Source: a virus. Taken from it: a DNA stretch of 64,000 nt. Position numbers and translations under genes: made by a program. Of the stretch, positions 1 to 11,300 are shown in pieces. The stretch spans positions 32,001-96,000 of IMG/VR virus record IMGVR_UViG_3300045974_000102; one strand, written 5' to 3'. The notes under the pieces were generated by a model that did no database searches, was not told where the DNA came from, and saw only the letters and a list, made by a program, of their open reading frames with translations. Position 1 is the stretch's first letter; the number at the start of each line of letters is the position of its first letter.

Positions 1-474
1 ATATGCATTTAATATGTCTGCTGATGTGCCGCTTCTTGTATTAATTGGTGAGGCTTTTATGTCGATGTTTTTTGGATATAGGAAGTTGTTATAAAATACA
101 AAAGAGAAAAATCTATTGTATTTCTTTGCATTTAATATATTTGTTAGGTCTTTATGTAAGTTAGAAATATATGAATATTTGTTTTTTGATATATCTCTCA
201 ACTGCAGAAAGGTTATATAGTTAGCATACATAATAGTATATGCGGCATAGAAGTCCATATATGCTAATAGTAATACTCCGCTTATTTGTGCAGATGAAAA
301 TTCAGATGAGCTTATGCTAAATAAATTAAGTAATGGATTAAATATACCGCCCTTATTAATATAGTCATTAAGCTTATTTTGTAAGGAATATGAGTTAATA
401 GATATACTTTGCAGTATTACAGATAGTGCTTTCCTCTTAAGTGTATCTAAAGATGTTCTTGTGTCAATAGACAT
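1..474 (-). CDS. Hypothetical baseplate/tail-region protein, runs off the window edge (partial)
   Basis: ATG at 474 overlaps the TAA of the upstream gene; frame MSIDTRTSLDTLKRK... stays open to position 1; not in the ORF track. Confidence 0.7.
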   Translation of the reverse strand, partial: MSIDTRTSLDTLKRKALSVILQSISINSYSLQNKLNDYINKGGIFNPLLNLFSISSSEFSSAQISGVLLLAYMDFYAAYTIMYANYITFLQLRDISKNKYSYISNLHKDLTNILNAKKYNRFFSFVFYNNFLYPKNIDIKASPINTRSGTSADILNAY

Positions 475-1244
475 TATTTACCCCAAGTCTTCCCGTCAAG
501 TAAATAAGGCATTATATCAATACCTTTATTCGTTATACCATATTTGAAAAGTAAGTTTACAGGCATTAAGTTAAGATCTGTAGACTCAACAACAAAAACA
601 TCCTCTAAGTATTCATATGTTAAATAGAATGCAGTAAACTCAGATTCATATACCTCTAAGTATCCTGTCTTACTGTCTAGATAAAATTGTTTAGGCACTT
701 TAAGATCTGCTAGTGAATATACTCTTTCAAGACAAAGTCTTTCTGAGCTCTTCACAACAAATGTATCTGTAATAATATTACTATTATTAAGCATGGTAGA
801 CTTCTTTGTAATCTTATTCAAGCCTACCTTTACATTTGTATTTCTTATCAGGTTTTTGCATGCAGTGTTTCTATGTAAGCCATCATATAGTGAATAAGAA
901 AATTCTATACTATGATCAAGTATATCTAAGATCTTCCCTATAGTGGCTTCATCGTTATTGACATATATTCTTATGATCTCAGAGCTGCCTTCAATTGTAA
1001 AATATTCCCAGTCGAGAGTGCATCTAAATATATTTCCTGTTGATGATGTAATATTAAAAAGGTTATAAGTATTAAGTCCTGCCTGTGCTGGTATTGTATG
1101 AACTTGAGTATAGTAGTCTGTCTTATATTTGTATCTTCCTATTCTTTTAAGTCTGTCGACTAGGCTCTCATCTTCTTCGCCTGGCAGTCTATTGGCTCCG
1201 AGATATAGTGCTACCTCGTCTAGGTTATTCCAAATGTTTATCAT
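474..1244 (-). CDS. Putative baseplate wedge protein (256 aa)
   Basis: N-terminal LGANRLPGEEDESLVDRL resembles the RLxGExD..RL motif of wedge subunits; lies downstream of baseplate J. Confidence 0.5.
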   Translation of the reverse strand: MINIWNNLDEVALYLGANRLPGEEDESLVDRLKRIGRYKYKTDYYTQVHTIPAQAGLNTYNLFNITSSTGNIFRCTLDWEYFTIEGSSEIIRIYVNNDEATIGKILDILDHSIEFSYSLYDGLHRNTACKNLIRNTNVKVGLNKITKKSTMLNNSNIITDTFVVKSSERLCLERVYSLADLKVPKQFYLDSKTGYLEVYESEFTAFYLTYEYLEDVFVVESTDLNLMPVNLLFKYGITNKGIDIMPYLLDGKTWGK

Positions 1245-2881
1245 AGTGTAGCCTTCTTAAGTGCAGTTATAGTATCTGATGTAACTATCATTCTATAGAC
1301 ATCATTATAAAAGAAAGTATCAAATATGTTGTGCAGCTTTATACCGTTAAATAAAACATTTCCTATTGATGATAGCTTGAACAGATAGTGCCTATCGCCA
1401 TGAAGCTTTAATCTACATTGAGTATATTGCCCAAATGAATTAGTGTCTGAAGGGTAAGTCCATCCTGAAGGCACATTAGGTGCGAATCCTACTAATGAAC
1501 TAATGTCTTTGATGTAGAATGGCTTCAGTTTAGTTCTGTCTAATTCTATCATGTAGTCAGAATCTTTCTCTCCAGAGACAATAAACCTAACAGTAGCAGT
1601 ATCTCTTCCATCTCCAAACAGATCTTTAAATGGTATATTAATCCTATTAGTTTCTATATTTTCTTTATAAAGGTTAAGTAGAATATCTGTCATGTAAGGT
1701 GCGCTATGACCATCAAGGCCCACTTCATTTACAATGATTGTCATTGTATCTATATCGTTATGTCTTGAAGTAGGATATACCCAAATACTAAATCGTTCAT
1801 TTAAGCAGTCTTCTTCATAATCAACTCTGATAGCTTGGAAAGAAGATTTATTAATGTCTAGCTCTGCTGCATAAGTCTTTGGAATTATTAGTGGGAAGCA
1901 ATAAAGTTTAAGTGTATCTGTTGTTATGTAGGCAAGTTTGTTAGCAGTATCTATAAAGTAGTTAGTTATAGTTTCATTTGCTTGGAGTGCAAGGTCTACA
2001 GTCTTGTAAAGATCTAGTGTCGGTGGATAAGTAACAGCATTATTTGCACTGATACTGATCTGTAGTTGTTTATATACGGTGTCAATTGATGCGAATGATC
2101 TGTAAAAGTCGCCCTCTACTTTATCTACAACTAAGTATTCCCATTGACCAACTTCTCCATTGATGTAAGGATAAAGAATTATTGAACAGTTTAGGTCTGT
2201 TCCAATTGATAGAATAGATGATATATAAGAAAACTCTGTATCTGTTTGCACATCTGCTACATTTAGTATATCAATTCTTTCTTCAACTTTCTTGTTTGAT
2301 ACGTCAAGGCCTTCTATTACAAGTGTGATATTATTAAACCCTTCTGATAGTGCTGAGGCATAAAATCCACCAGCTAGCCTAATAGTTACTGCTGTATTAG
2401 GGACAGCAAGACTCATGTTAAACTTAACGCGTGGGTGCATTTCTAGTAATACAGATCCAGGCAGTGATGTAAATTCAGTTAAGAATGCGTCACATGGAAA
2501 TGAGTGTCTGAAAAATTCATCTGCGGACTCAACTTGCTTCATAAGGTATTGTTTATTTGTATATTTTGAGAAGCCACTTACAGGAGTAGCAAAGATAATA
2601 TCATCAACTCTAGACTGGATAATCTCTGGCATAGCTGAAATAGAAAAGCCATTCACTCTATTAACTGTTATGAACTCAAGATTATTGAGTTTAAAGTTTG
2701 GAGCATATGGTATATCTTCAAGTATCTCATCATTGGAATCAATAAGACAGCTTAGAAGTCTAATCGTAGCTGATGAGTCATTGTTATATTTTATCTTATT
2801 AACTGTAGCAGCTAAGTATAAACTATAGGTAAACTTGTTTATATTCTTAGCAGTAGTTGCCTTTAATGGATACTTAAGCAT
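1241..2881 (-). CDS. Putative baseplate/structural protein (546 aa)
   Basis: Long ORF translationally coupled to baseplate J; beta-rich; no diagnostic motif. Confidence 0.45.
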   Translation of the reverse strand: MLKYPLKATTAKNINKFTYSLYLAATVNKIKYNNDSSATIRLLSCLIDSNDEILEDIPYAPNFKLNNLEFITVNRVNGFSISAMPEIIQSRVDDIIFATPVSGFSKYTNKQYLMKQVESADEFFRHSFPCDAFLTEFTSLPGSVLLEMHPRVKFNMSLAVPNTAVTIRLAGGFYASALSEGFNNITLVIEGLDVSNKKVEERIDILNVADVQTDTEFSYISSILSIGTDLNCSIILYPYINGEVGQWEYLVVDKVEGDFYRSFASIDTVYKQLQISISANNAVTYPPTLDLYKTVDLALQANETITNYFIDTANKLAYITTDTLKLYCFPLIIPKTYAAELDINKSSFQAIRVDYEEDCLNERFSIWVYPTSRHNDIDTMTIIVNEVGLDGHSAPYMTDILLNLYKENIETNRINIPFKDLFGDGRDTATVRFIVSGEKDSDYMIELDRTKLKPFYIKDISSLVGFAPNVPSGWTYPSDTNSFGQYTQCRLKLHGDRHYLFKLSSIGNVLFNGIKLHNIFDTFFYNDVYRMIVTSDTITALKKATL

Positions 2882-4086
2882 TATTGTGTCACCGTTATGA
2901 TAACAGAGCTTTCTTTAGGCTCTATGATAAGTTTCTCATTTTTAGATAAATAGATTTTTTCATCAATCGTTGTTACACTATAAGGAACCTTACCTCTAAA
3001 ATCCATTGGGCCAACATACCCATTCACTAATGTCAAGTCGCATGATACTATGTCATAACTAGCGCTAGTAATATATTTAGCTATATCCTGTATATAAAAT
3101 TCTGTGCCAAAATAGTTATTTATATATGTAGATAACCTATCTGTAAGAAGAGTAGTTATTGTTGTAGACTGTTGCACATCATATGTCTGTCTTGTCTTAA
3201 CAGCAGCAACAATTTCTAGTCCTATATAATTAGGCTTTGTTACTGTATAGTTGACCCACGGTGGTATAACTGAATCGAGAACTGTTTGAGCTGCTGATAT
3301 TGTTGCGTCTGATGTTATAGGTGATATCCCTTGCACATAGAAGGTGCATGTGCCTCCACCATTTGAAGCATGATCTATATAGACTTCAGATATACCTGGT
3401 ATACTTGTGAGCATATCATAAAGTCCAAAATAGTTAGTCTTTGGAAATGCTTTTAAAGAATTAGAAATTCTGTATCTATAGTTCTCGTCTGTCTCGTCTG
3501 AGCGACCAGTTCCAATTACTGAAACGTTCGTAACTAATAATGAGTTAGATGCTGCTCCAACATATTCAGTAAAATTATGTGAAGTTAATGTATTCGCCTG
3601 GATGATTTCATTTGGACCAGATAGTAACTCTGCACCTATAAAGCATTCTGCGGCAGTAGTTAATAGTGTTACTTGTGCCTTTAATCTAAACCTAAATGTA
3701 TTAGTGCCACTTCCACCAGAGATAATTGTTCCCTCAGGAATAACTATATTATTTGGTGTTGAGCCTATTGTATTTATATCACCAAACTTACCATACTTTA
3801 CATAAAATTTTAATGTCTTCATGTCTTCTGTAATGAATGGGGTTACAGACTTTCTTCTTTTTGTGCCAAAGAAGTTTTCTCCTATGTAATTCAAATCTTT
3901 GCCTTGAGAGCTAATAATACTATTGCGCTTAGAGTAAAGATCAAGCTGGTTCTCAAGTTGCATCTGTTCGTATGCACATGACTGTGCAATCTGATATGCT
4001 TTAGATCCTGGCACTAAATTATAAAGTCCAGTTCTATCCTGCATTCTTGATACTATTCGACTAAGCTTATCATCTATTGTAGCCAT
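2881..4086 (-). CDS. Baseplate J-like wedge protein (401 aa)
   Basis: GKDLNYIG, IVIPEGTII and GRSDETDENYRYRI motifs typical of Baseplate_J / Mu gp47. Confidence 0.85.
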   Translation of the reverse strand: MATIDDKLSRIVSRMQDRTGLYNLVPGSKAYQIAQSCAYEQMQLENQLDLYSKRNSIISSQGKDLNYIGENFFGTKRRKSVTPFITEDMKTLKFYVKYGKFGDINTIGSTPNNIVIPEGTIISGGSGTNTFRFRLKAQVTLLTTAAECFIGAELLSGPNEIIQANTLTSHNFTEYVGAASNSLLVTNVSVIGTGRSDETDENYRYRISNSLKAFPKTNYFGLYDMLTSIPGISEVYIDHASNGGGTCTFYVQGISPITSDATISAAQTVLDSVIPPWVNYTVTKPNYIGLEIVAAVKTRQTYDVQQSTTITTLLTDRLSTYINNYFGTEFYIQDIAKYITSASYDIVSCDLTLVNGYVGPMDFRGKVPYSVTTIDEKIYLSKNEKLIIEPKESSVIITVTQ

Positions 4087-4092
4087 GTATAA

Positions 4093-4488
4093 TTACCTAT
4101 AAGATTGTTGGTTTTCGAGGTTGACAATTATTTGGAAGGTATCGCTTGTATCAATCTGATTTGTTTTAAATCGTAGTCCAACAAATAGTTTACCATTTGT
4201 TATAGAGCTCATTTTTATATCATAGTCTTGATTTGCGAAGAGATTGTTCAGTGTTAAAACTTTACGGATTTCGTATTCTACAGATGTGCGTGAGAATGCG
4301 CCTTGGCCCTGGATAAATCTTTCAATACCAGCAGCACAGTCATCTAGTAAGAAGTCGTCATATCTGCCAGATATGCGTCTCTCTGCTGTTTTCATTGTAG
4401 ACAATGAGTAAGACCTTTCAACTTCTATATCGCTACCAATAATGATATCGTCTGCATCGTCTGTTTTAAAGTCAGTTATTTGTAGCAT
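4093..4488 (-). CDS. Putative gp25/gpW-like baseplate wedge initiator (131 aa)
   Basis: Size, position just before baseplate J, AAGIERFIQG segment; AAGGAG RBS. Confidence 0.55.
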   Translation of the reverse strand: MLQITDFKTDDADDIIIGSDIEVERSYSLSTMKTAERRISGRYDDFLLDDCAAGIERFIQGQGAFSRTSVEYEIRKVLTLNNLFANQDYDIKMSSITNGKLFVGLRFKTNQIDTSDTFQIIVNLENQQSYR

Positions 4489-4509
4489 ATTACAAGCTCC
4501 TTAAACAAT

Positions 4510-4519
4510 TGTTAATAAC
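4510..4519 (-). promoter_or_regulatory. Candidate promoter motif GTTATTAACA
   Basis: Intergenic copy of a recurring motif just upstream of the RBS of 4093..4488. Confidence 0.4.
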
Positions 4520-4521
4520 TA

Positions 4522-4926
4522 TCATCCAAGTATAGCCTTTATCATTTTAGCTAGCCCAGATAAATGCTTAGCGAATGGTGGGTCACTATAGACCAAAACT
4601 GGTAGTGGCGTATAGACAGTTGATGGCAACCCAGTTAGTAGCTCATCATTAAATGTCCAGAAGGACGCGAACCTTGTATCTGATGGATAGTTAGTTATAT
4701 GCGTTTTACCATTTATAACCGTGCCTCTGTCATTGATAGAAAGTCCATTTGAGCCATTAGTAATTCCAACTTTATTTGGCGTAGTAAATACCTGTGCTAT
4801 GCCATCTCTACTCTTTAGTATCTTTTCGTCAACACTAAATCTTAAATGTTCACAGTCATAAGAGAATGCTGTAGCATCTAAAATATTTCCACTATTATCT
4901 GTAAGTTCTACATTTTCTATTCCCAT
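4522..4926 (-). CDS. Putative baseplate spike-region protein (134 aa)
   Basis: Short beta-strand-rich sequence (GITNGSNGLSINDRGTVINGK) between hub and wedge genes. Confidence 0.4.
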   Translation of the reverse strand: MGIENVELTDNSGNILDATAFSYDCEHLRFSVDEKILKSRDGIAQVFTTPNKVGITNGSNGLSINDRGTVINGKTHITNYPSDTRFASFWTFNDELLTGLPSTVYTPLPVLVYSDPPFAKHLSGLAKMIKAILG

Positions 4927-5300
4927 TATTGATCAAAGACCCCGCCTATATAGAAGTGATTAAGCGCATACATTTTTGGTGTTACTCCCATGTCATTAAC
5001 CTTTCCCATAATCTTAGCATTAAATCTTCCACCTGTATGCTGGACATATACTAGTTCACCAGCTTCATATTTATTGCCTGCCATATAGTCATGTTGTGAG
5101 CACGATATGATAGCCTCAACTGCTGGATTAAAAGTGCCTTCTCTTTCTAGCACAACAGTAAAAACACCATGACCATCATCTATACTTTTTATTATACCTC
5201 TACACTGCTGAGGAGTATTGGTTGTATCTGTTGTGCGATTAAGCATGTCAATGCCTAACTCACTTACATCATTAAATAATCCTGCTATATTACCAGACAT
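4926..5300 (-). CDS. Putative OB-fold spike-associated protein (124 aa)
   Basis: RGIIKSID...YEAGELVYVQH pattern like gpV/gp5 N-terminal OB folds; follows the hub gene. Confidence 0.4.
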   Translation of the reverse strand: MSGNIAGLFNDVSELGIDMLNRTTDTTNTPQQCRGIIKSIDDGHGVFTVVLEREGTFNPAVEAIISCSQHDYMAGNKYEAGELVYVQHTGGRFNAKIMGKVNDMGVTPKMYALNHFYIGGVFDQ

Positions 5301-8300
5301 TATGCTTTCTCCTTACACCACTTAATTACAGCGTATCTCTTTTCTGCATAATTCTTCTCAACATCATAATTATGCTTTAGCTGCTTAGAGCTTTCGCCTT
5401 TAGGTATCGGATTGTTATCTGCATCAAAGCCTCTGCATTGCATACCATTATATCTCCAATAGCTTAGCTTATGGATAACCTCTCTCTTAGCCCAAGGATC
5501 TGTGCCTTTATATTCGCCCATATATCTTGTTTCTGCATCTATAGCTCTTTCTGCTATATGTTTTACACCAGCAAATATAACCCATTTTGCATACTTCACA
5601 TGATTATCACTTAAGTCTTCCCAGCTTCTTGGAAACGCAGGAGTCTTTGTTTTAATCCAATCTGCATCCTGAGCCATTTCACGAATAATCTTATCGACCC
5701 ACTCTTTACCATGAGAGCCATCTTGTCCAGCAGATAGTTGCATTAAGCCAATGTCGCTTGACTTAGCGTGTGCATTAAATGAACTTTCACACTCTATTGT
5801 TGTAGCTATCATTAATGGGTCTAGAAGTGGAGTTGTATTTTTATACTTATTAAAAGCTCCTAATACCCAACTGAACAATACTTCTGGTGTTGCTATATCT
5901 TGGTTCTTCTTGTTCATTTGCTCAAGCTTCCATTTAATATATTCAATCCCTTTACCTGGTGGCACAGCCTGTAGGTCAGCTAGTGATAGAGGTGTTCCAG
6001 GATATGCCTTTTTGAATTCTGATGGGCTCATGTCTGCCATAGCGCCTGGTAGTGGATTAACTACATTTCTATTTGGATTCTCAAGCTTAGATATTCCTGT
6101 CCAGTTGACTGAGGTGTAGTCACCTATCTGACGTAGTGTATTGTCAATTGTTTTCTTGTAGTCTGCTATAATTCCTTTACCAAACATGAATGCATCATTA
6201 TTTTTATAGCCTTCCATACCTTGCATTAGTAGTGAATTACGATACCATATAGGATGCACTATTATTGCATTATTCTTTGTGATAGACTTAATAGCCATGC
6301 TCTCAAACAACTGCGGTATCATCTCTATACAAGTAAGTAGTAAATATGCTATACCAGCTTTCATAGGAGCTGCATGGATGATTGTGCCAAATGGACTAAG
6401 GGCTAATCTTTCTCCAAAGCTTCTCTTCGCCATTGCAGTTATAGTTGCTCCAGCCTCAGCTTCTACAGCTGCGGCTACTGGTTTTGTGGTAAGCGCCTTA
6501 GCTAGGTCTGACATAAGATTTTTCTTCTTTAATAGATTACGCGCAACTGTTGATTCAGCCCCTGCTCCGAATGTTGCTTCTTCGAGAGCTTTCGCTATTT
6601 CTATTTCTGACATACCAAGTATTTCAGCACTTTCTTTCTTAAGTATCGTAGCTATCTGATCTATTAAACTCTTTCTGCTATGGGCTGCCCATTTCTCAGC
6701 GAGTGTAGTAGCAAAGCCTTTTACATTAGTTAGTATCTCTCTAGCCCTAAACTTAGCTCTTGCTGCGTTTCTGCTTAATACTCTTTGCTCAGCACTATAC
6801 ATCCTCTCTGACATTATAAATTCATCTGCACCTCTAAGCCAGTGCATTAGCCCGCCAAAGAAATAGCCAAACTCTCCAGCAGACACCATAGCATTAAAGC
6901 CCATTGCTTCTTTAGCTAACATAGGCACATATTCGTATTCACGTCTTTCCATAGCTGCAGTATCTGGATTTGCTTTTCTATTCTTTGCTTCATCACTACC
7001 TATGACCTGACTGATAAGAAATGCCCCACCTGCTATAAAGGCAAGTGCAGCTAATACCCAGACACCCATTGATCCTAGTGCGTATCCTCCTATTGCTTGT
7101 AGGACTCCTCCTACACCAATCGTGCCTATGTGTTCAAACATAATTCGTTTGAATACTTGTGCTGTGCTTAAATACGAGTCATGGTTGACTGAACATACTA
7201 GGTTAGGCACTATATGAGTTGTATAGCCCATCTCTGAGTCGAACTTATGTATAACAGTTTCTACTTCAACCCAGCCATACATCTTGTTTACTTTGTCAGC
7301 AATGTATATCTTATCATAAGGCTCTATTTTAGAATTGCCTCTAATAATAAGTGTGCCACCATATAATCTTTCAGCACCTTCTTTAAGTCTGCCAATAGCA
7401 TATTGATTAGCCACGTCTTCATTGTCTGTCCAGTTTATAGATTCGAACTTTTTAATTAGATATGTTGGATCTATATCTGCATCAATACAGAACTCAGTTA
7501 CCTTGTCTGAGTCTTCTACGTCCTTCTGGTTCTTAGCATACTGAACAGTTATATGATTCCACCCTCTGTCAGGTGTAGCCTTTATGCCATTGTGTATAAT
7601 ATCTTTAAATGACGATACCATATGGTGTTTCTGAAATGGAATAAATGGTGCTACTGCATTGAAGAATTTGGTGCCTTCAGCAAATTCACCATATCTATTA
7701 AGCTTTGGCCCTAAGTTCTTAATTGCTTCTCTAATGCCTTCAGCATACATATCTGTGCTTAGTAGTGACATTGAGGTTAAGGATGGAGCCATTGCTTGAA
7801 TAGGGTCATCTGTTCGGAAATAATTCCATTCTGCTGGACCTAAAAATAGAGTTGAGCGGTTTCCATAAGGTCTTACATCTAGTGCATAGTTAGGATAAAG
7901 GCGCTTAATGTTTTGTAACACATCCCATATAGTAGTCTTATTATTAATATTAAAGTTAACGCCATGCCATAACTTATTCCAAATGTCAGGAGCATAGATA
8001 TTGTCATCTATTGGATTGTTACCAGACTGGAATATCTTATAGAAGTGCTGTCCTATTTCAAGACTTGCCTTCTCATTATTATATAGGGCTCCAGCGAATG
8101 AGCATCCTATCTCACGGATACGTCCTGCAAGAACGCTTAGATAACCATGCTCACCTTGCTTGCCCCACCATTTATGCATAACTTCTTCTGTCCAGATGTC
8201 TGGCACATGTGTTAGTGGTTTATATAATGTTGCTATAGATGCACCTGCAGCAGTTAGAGCCATATATCTAAATAGTTGCTTAGGTCCGAGAAAGGCCGCT

Positions 8301-11300
8301 GTAGCTGAGATGCCTGCACCAGCACCAAATATAAGTCCTGACTTCCAGCTATCTTTAAACATTGCCATTACAGAGATATGACTGCGACCAAATCTTTCTA
8401 TGAAGCTTCCATATATCTGTCCGAAGTGTGCGACTTGTGGATTACTTCTTAATATCTTACTTATAATGTCTGCATAGTTATTGCCACTTATATTTTCTGC
8501 TCTTGATGATGGCGCAGAAATAAGTTCTCTTCCGTCACCATGAGCTTCTATCTCATAAATGTAAGTATCTTTGTTTCCACTTAACGATGTAATAGTGCCA
8601 ATAAATACTGTATCTAGCATTCTAGGATCTGTTGAATATCCAAGTCGAAGTGCTATTCTCATTCCAGTGCGCAAAGGAACTACAGATGCTCCATAAATAC
8701 CAGCTGAGCCGTCTGAGAAAATACGAGTGTCTTCTTCTGTGTCCTTGATATTCTGTGGTGAGTATGGGCTAGATCCTTCAAATACATTTCTAGATGTGAT
8801 CTGATTAGGTCTTATTTCTGTAGAAATATACTTAGGGTCTATAACAATCCTGCATCTTAATAAGTGAACAGGGTTGTTCTTATCTCTAATAACCATTAAG
8901 TCTTGGACGAGTCTAAAGTCATAATAGTCATCAAGTGAATAGTATTTATAATCAGAAGTATCTGATTTAATTACATAAAGCTTATATGTAGGGAATGCAT
9001 TCTCTAGGCCATCTGTAGGCATCATGCTTTTTAGGATGTTCTCAGCACTCTGATTAGCTGCTGACTTCATATCTGCATTAGTAACTTCACCACCAGTCCA
9101 TGGCTTATCATTACTCATACTATATGCGGCAGCTTGTTCAGTTAGGTTTGTTGTATCTTTTTTGTAGTAGTTATATATAGCCTTATCTACTGCATTAGTA
9201 GGCGTTGCAGAGGCATCAGATCCATAACCTGTAGAAGTAATCTGAGTTGCATCTATCATTGGTCTCCATGTGTTAGATTCAAACTCTGCTATGCTGCTCC
9301 CTTGGTAGCCTGGCATGCCATCTATCGTGTCTTTCCATAAGCCATTTAAATTACTTGGATCACTAGAGCCAGCTTTAGTAAATGTATTTATCCATACATC
9401 ACCTGATGGAGCCAGTGTGTCACTTGGAGAGAGCGTGAACTTAGTGCTATTGAAATCTCTAATCGGACCTTCGGCATTGAAAACATATTCTGAGACTGCA
9501 CCTATACTATCTGTGTAGCCCATAGAAGATAAATAGTATGCCGCTGGACATCTACTTAAAAGTCCAAGCTGTCCTTGGAGTTCCATTAGTGTTCCATATC
9601 TAGGCATTGGAGCGCCAAGCTTCGTGTTATCTTTTATAATTGGATGACAGTCAGATACTAGAGTTGAGCTTACAGGTCCTACTGTTCTGCCATCGGCTCT
9701 CTTAATAGCAATCCCTCTGCTATTTCCATCTGCTACATTTACAATATCGCCTTGCTCCTGCTTTTTATCATTATTATAAAGTCTGGCAGAGTAAGTAGAT
9801 GTAATAAATCCTTCTGCTTCTTTTCTAAGTGCATTCATCCTGCCATATGCACAGTCTGTAAGCATGCTTGTGCTAGTCAGACTTGTTGGTGGTCTATCTC
9901 TACCTTCTACTATAGATCTAGCCCATCCTGCCCATCCTATAGTTTTAGGATCCATCATAGCCTTGGTAAGTGATGATTCTTTTCTTTCATCGTCTCTAAC
10001 TACTTTGCCATCTTTGACATAATTAACATTCATATCTTTAAGTCTTGTTGGCATTGTGTTTGCTATAATAGGACTAAGTGGAGAGTCTTTATCTATAAGG
10101 TCTTTAAAGGTTGCACCTTCTTCGGCACTAAAGGATTCTCTTGCATAAACATTCTTCCATACTGTTGTGTTCATAGATGGAGAAACAAAGTCTACAACGT
10201 CTGTCTTAATTTTGTCAAGGAACTCATATAAGTTAGTTACTTTATAGTTAACATACCAATCGCCCATAGTGGCTGAGTCAAGCATAGATGCTGCTACAAA
10301 ATTATCAATCCATGGGAAATATCTATGGCCGCCCCATGGCTTAATTTTCATAAGTTCAGGTTCAAGGATTACTTCTCCTTCTGGAACTTCTTCTTCGGAT
10401 TGGTTTTCTACAGACTCGCCGTATGTTCCAGTGCCTTCAACTACGCCTCTTATTAGTAGAACATAAAGTGCTACCCAGCGCCTTACGCTGCTGTTAGTTG
10501 AGATGTCTCTTTCGCTCTTAATATCAACTTCTAGGATCCAGTTGCCGCTTACTCCATCTTCGCCTTCTGTTGCAAGATATTCTTTGCACTGGGTAGTCAT
10601 CTTACCATAATTACGCAAGATCGCGTGCTCTCTGTAGTCACCTTCGAAGTAAAAATATAGGGCTCTGCCATCATTTGCAAAAGCTTGTTTCTGGTTCCAT
10701 GTTTCTTCGAATGCATCTTTAAACAAAGCCATAAGTAATACTTTGGCATTCATTCTCTGTTCAGCAGTGGCGGTTTTATCAAGCATTGCTAACAGTTGGC
10801 CTTTAGTTATCGTGTTTAGGCCTGATGTTATATTCTTAGTAAAGTAACTTGATGAATATTCTGGTAGCTCAGCAAACTCCTCATCTGCAAAGCGAGACAT
10901 TTTATTTATTTGCCAATTCTCTAATGATTTAATTACGCCTACATTTGATTCTGGTAAAAGCAGTTTATCTTCATATATACCACCAGCTAAAGCTTCAGCA
11001 AAGGTTATGTTACCTCCACCCCACTCTGGATTTGTGCTTCTTATAAAGAACTTCCAATTATTAAATATCTTTGATTCGTTCCATCCGGCTTTACGACTTA
11101 CTACGTCAGTTACTAAAGCAAGGAGTTGGGCTATTTGCTTATATTTAGTTCTAGCTCTATTGTCTGTTACAGTGCTATAGAGCTGTGCTCTGCTATCTAT
11201 AAGGCCCATGATGCCAGTCTTTGGGTCGTCTGCTATAAGAAAGTAAGATGAAAGTATAGCCCTGGTAGCTTTCTTAAATACTGACAAGTCTGGTGGTATG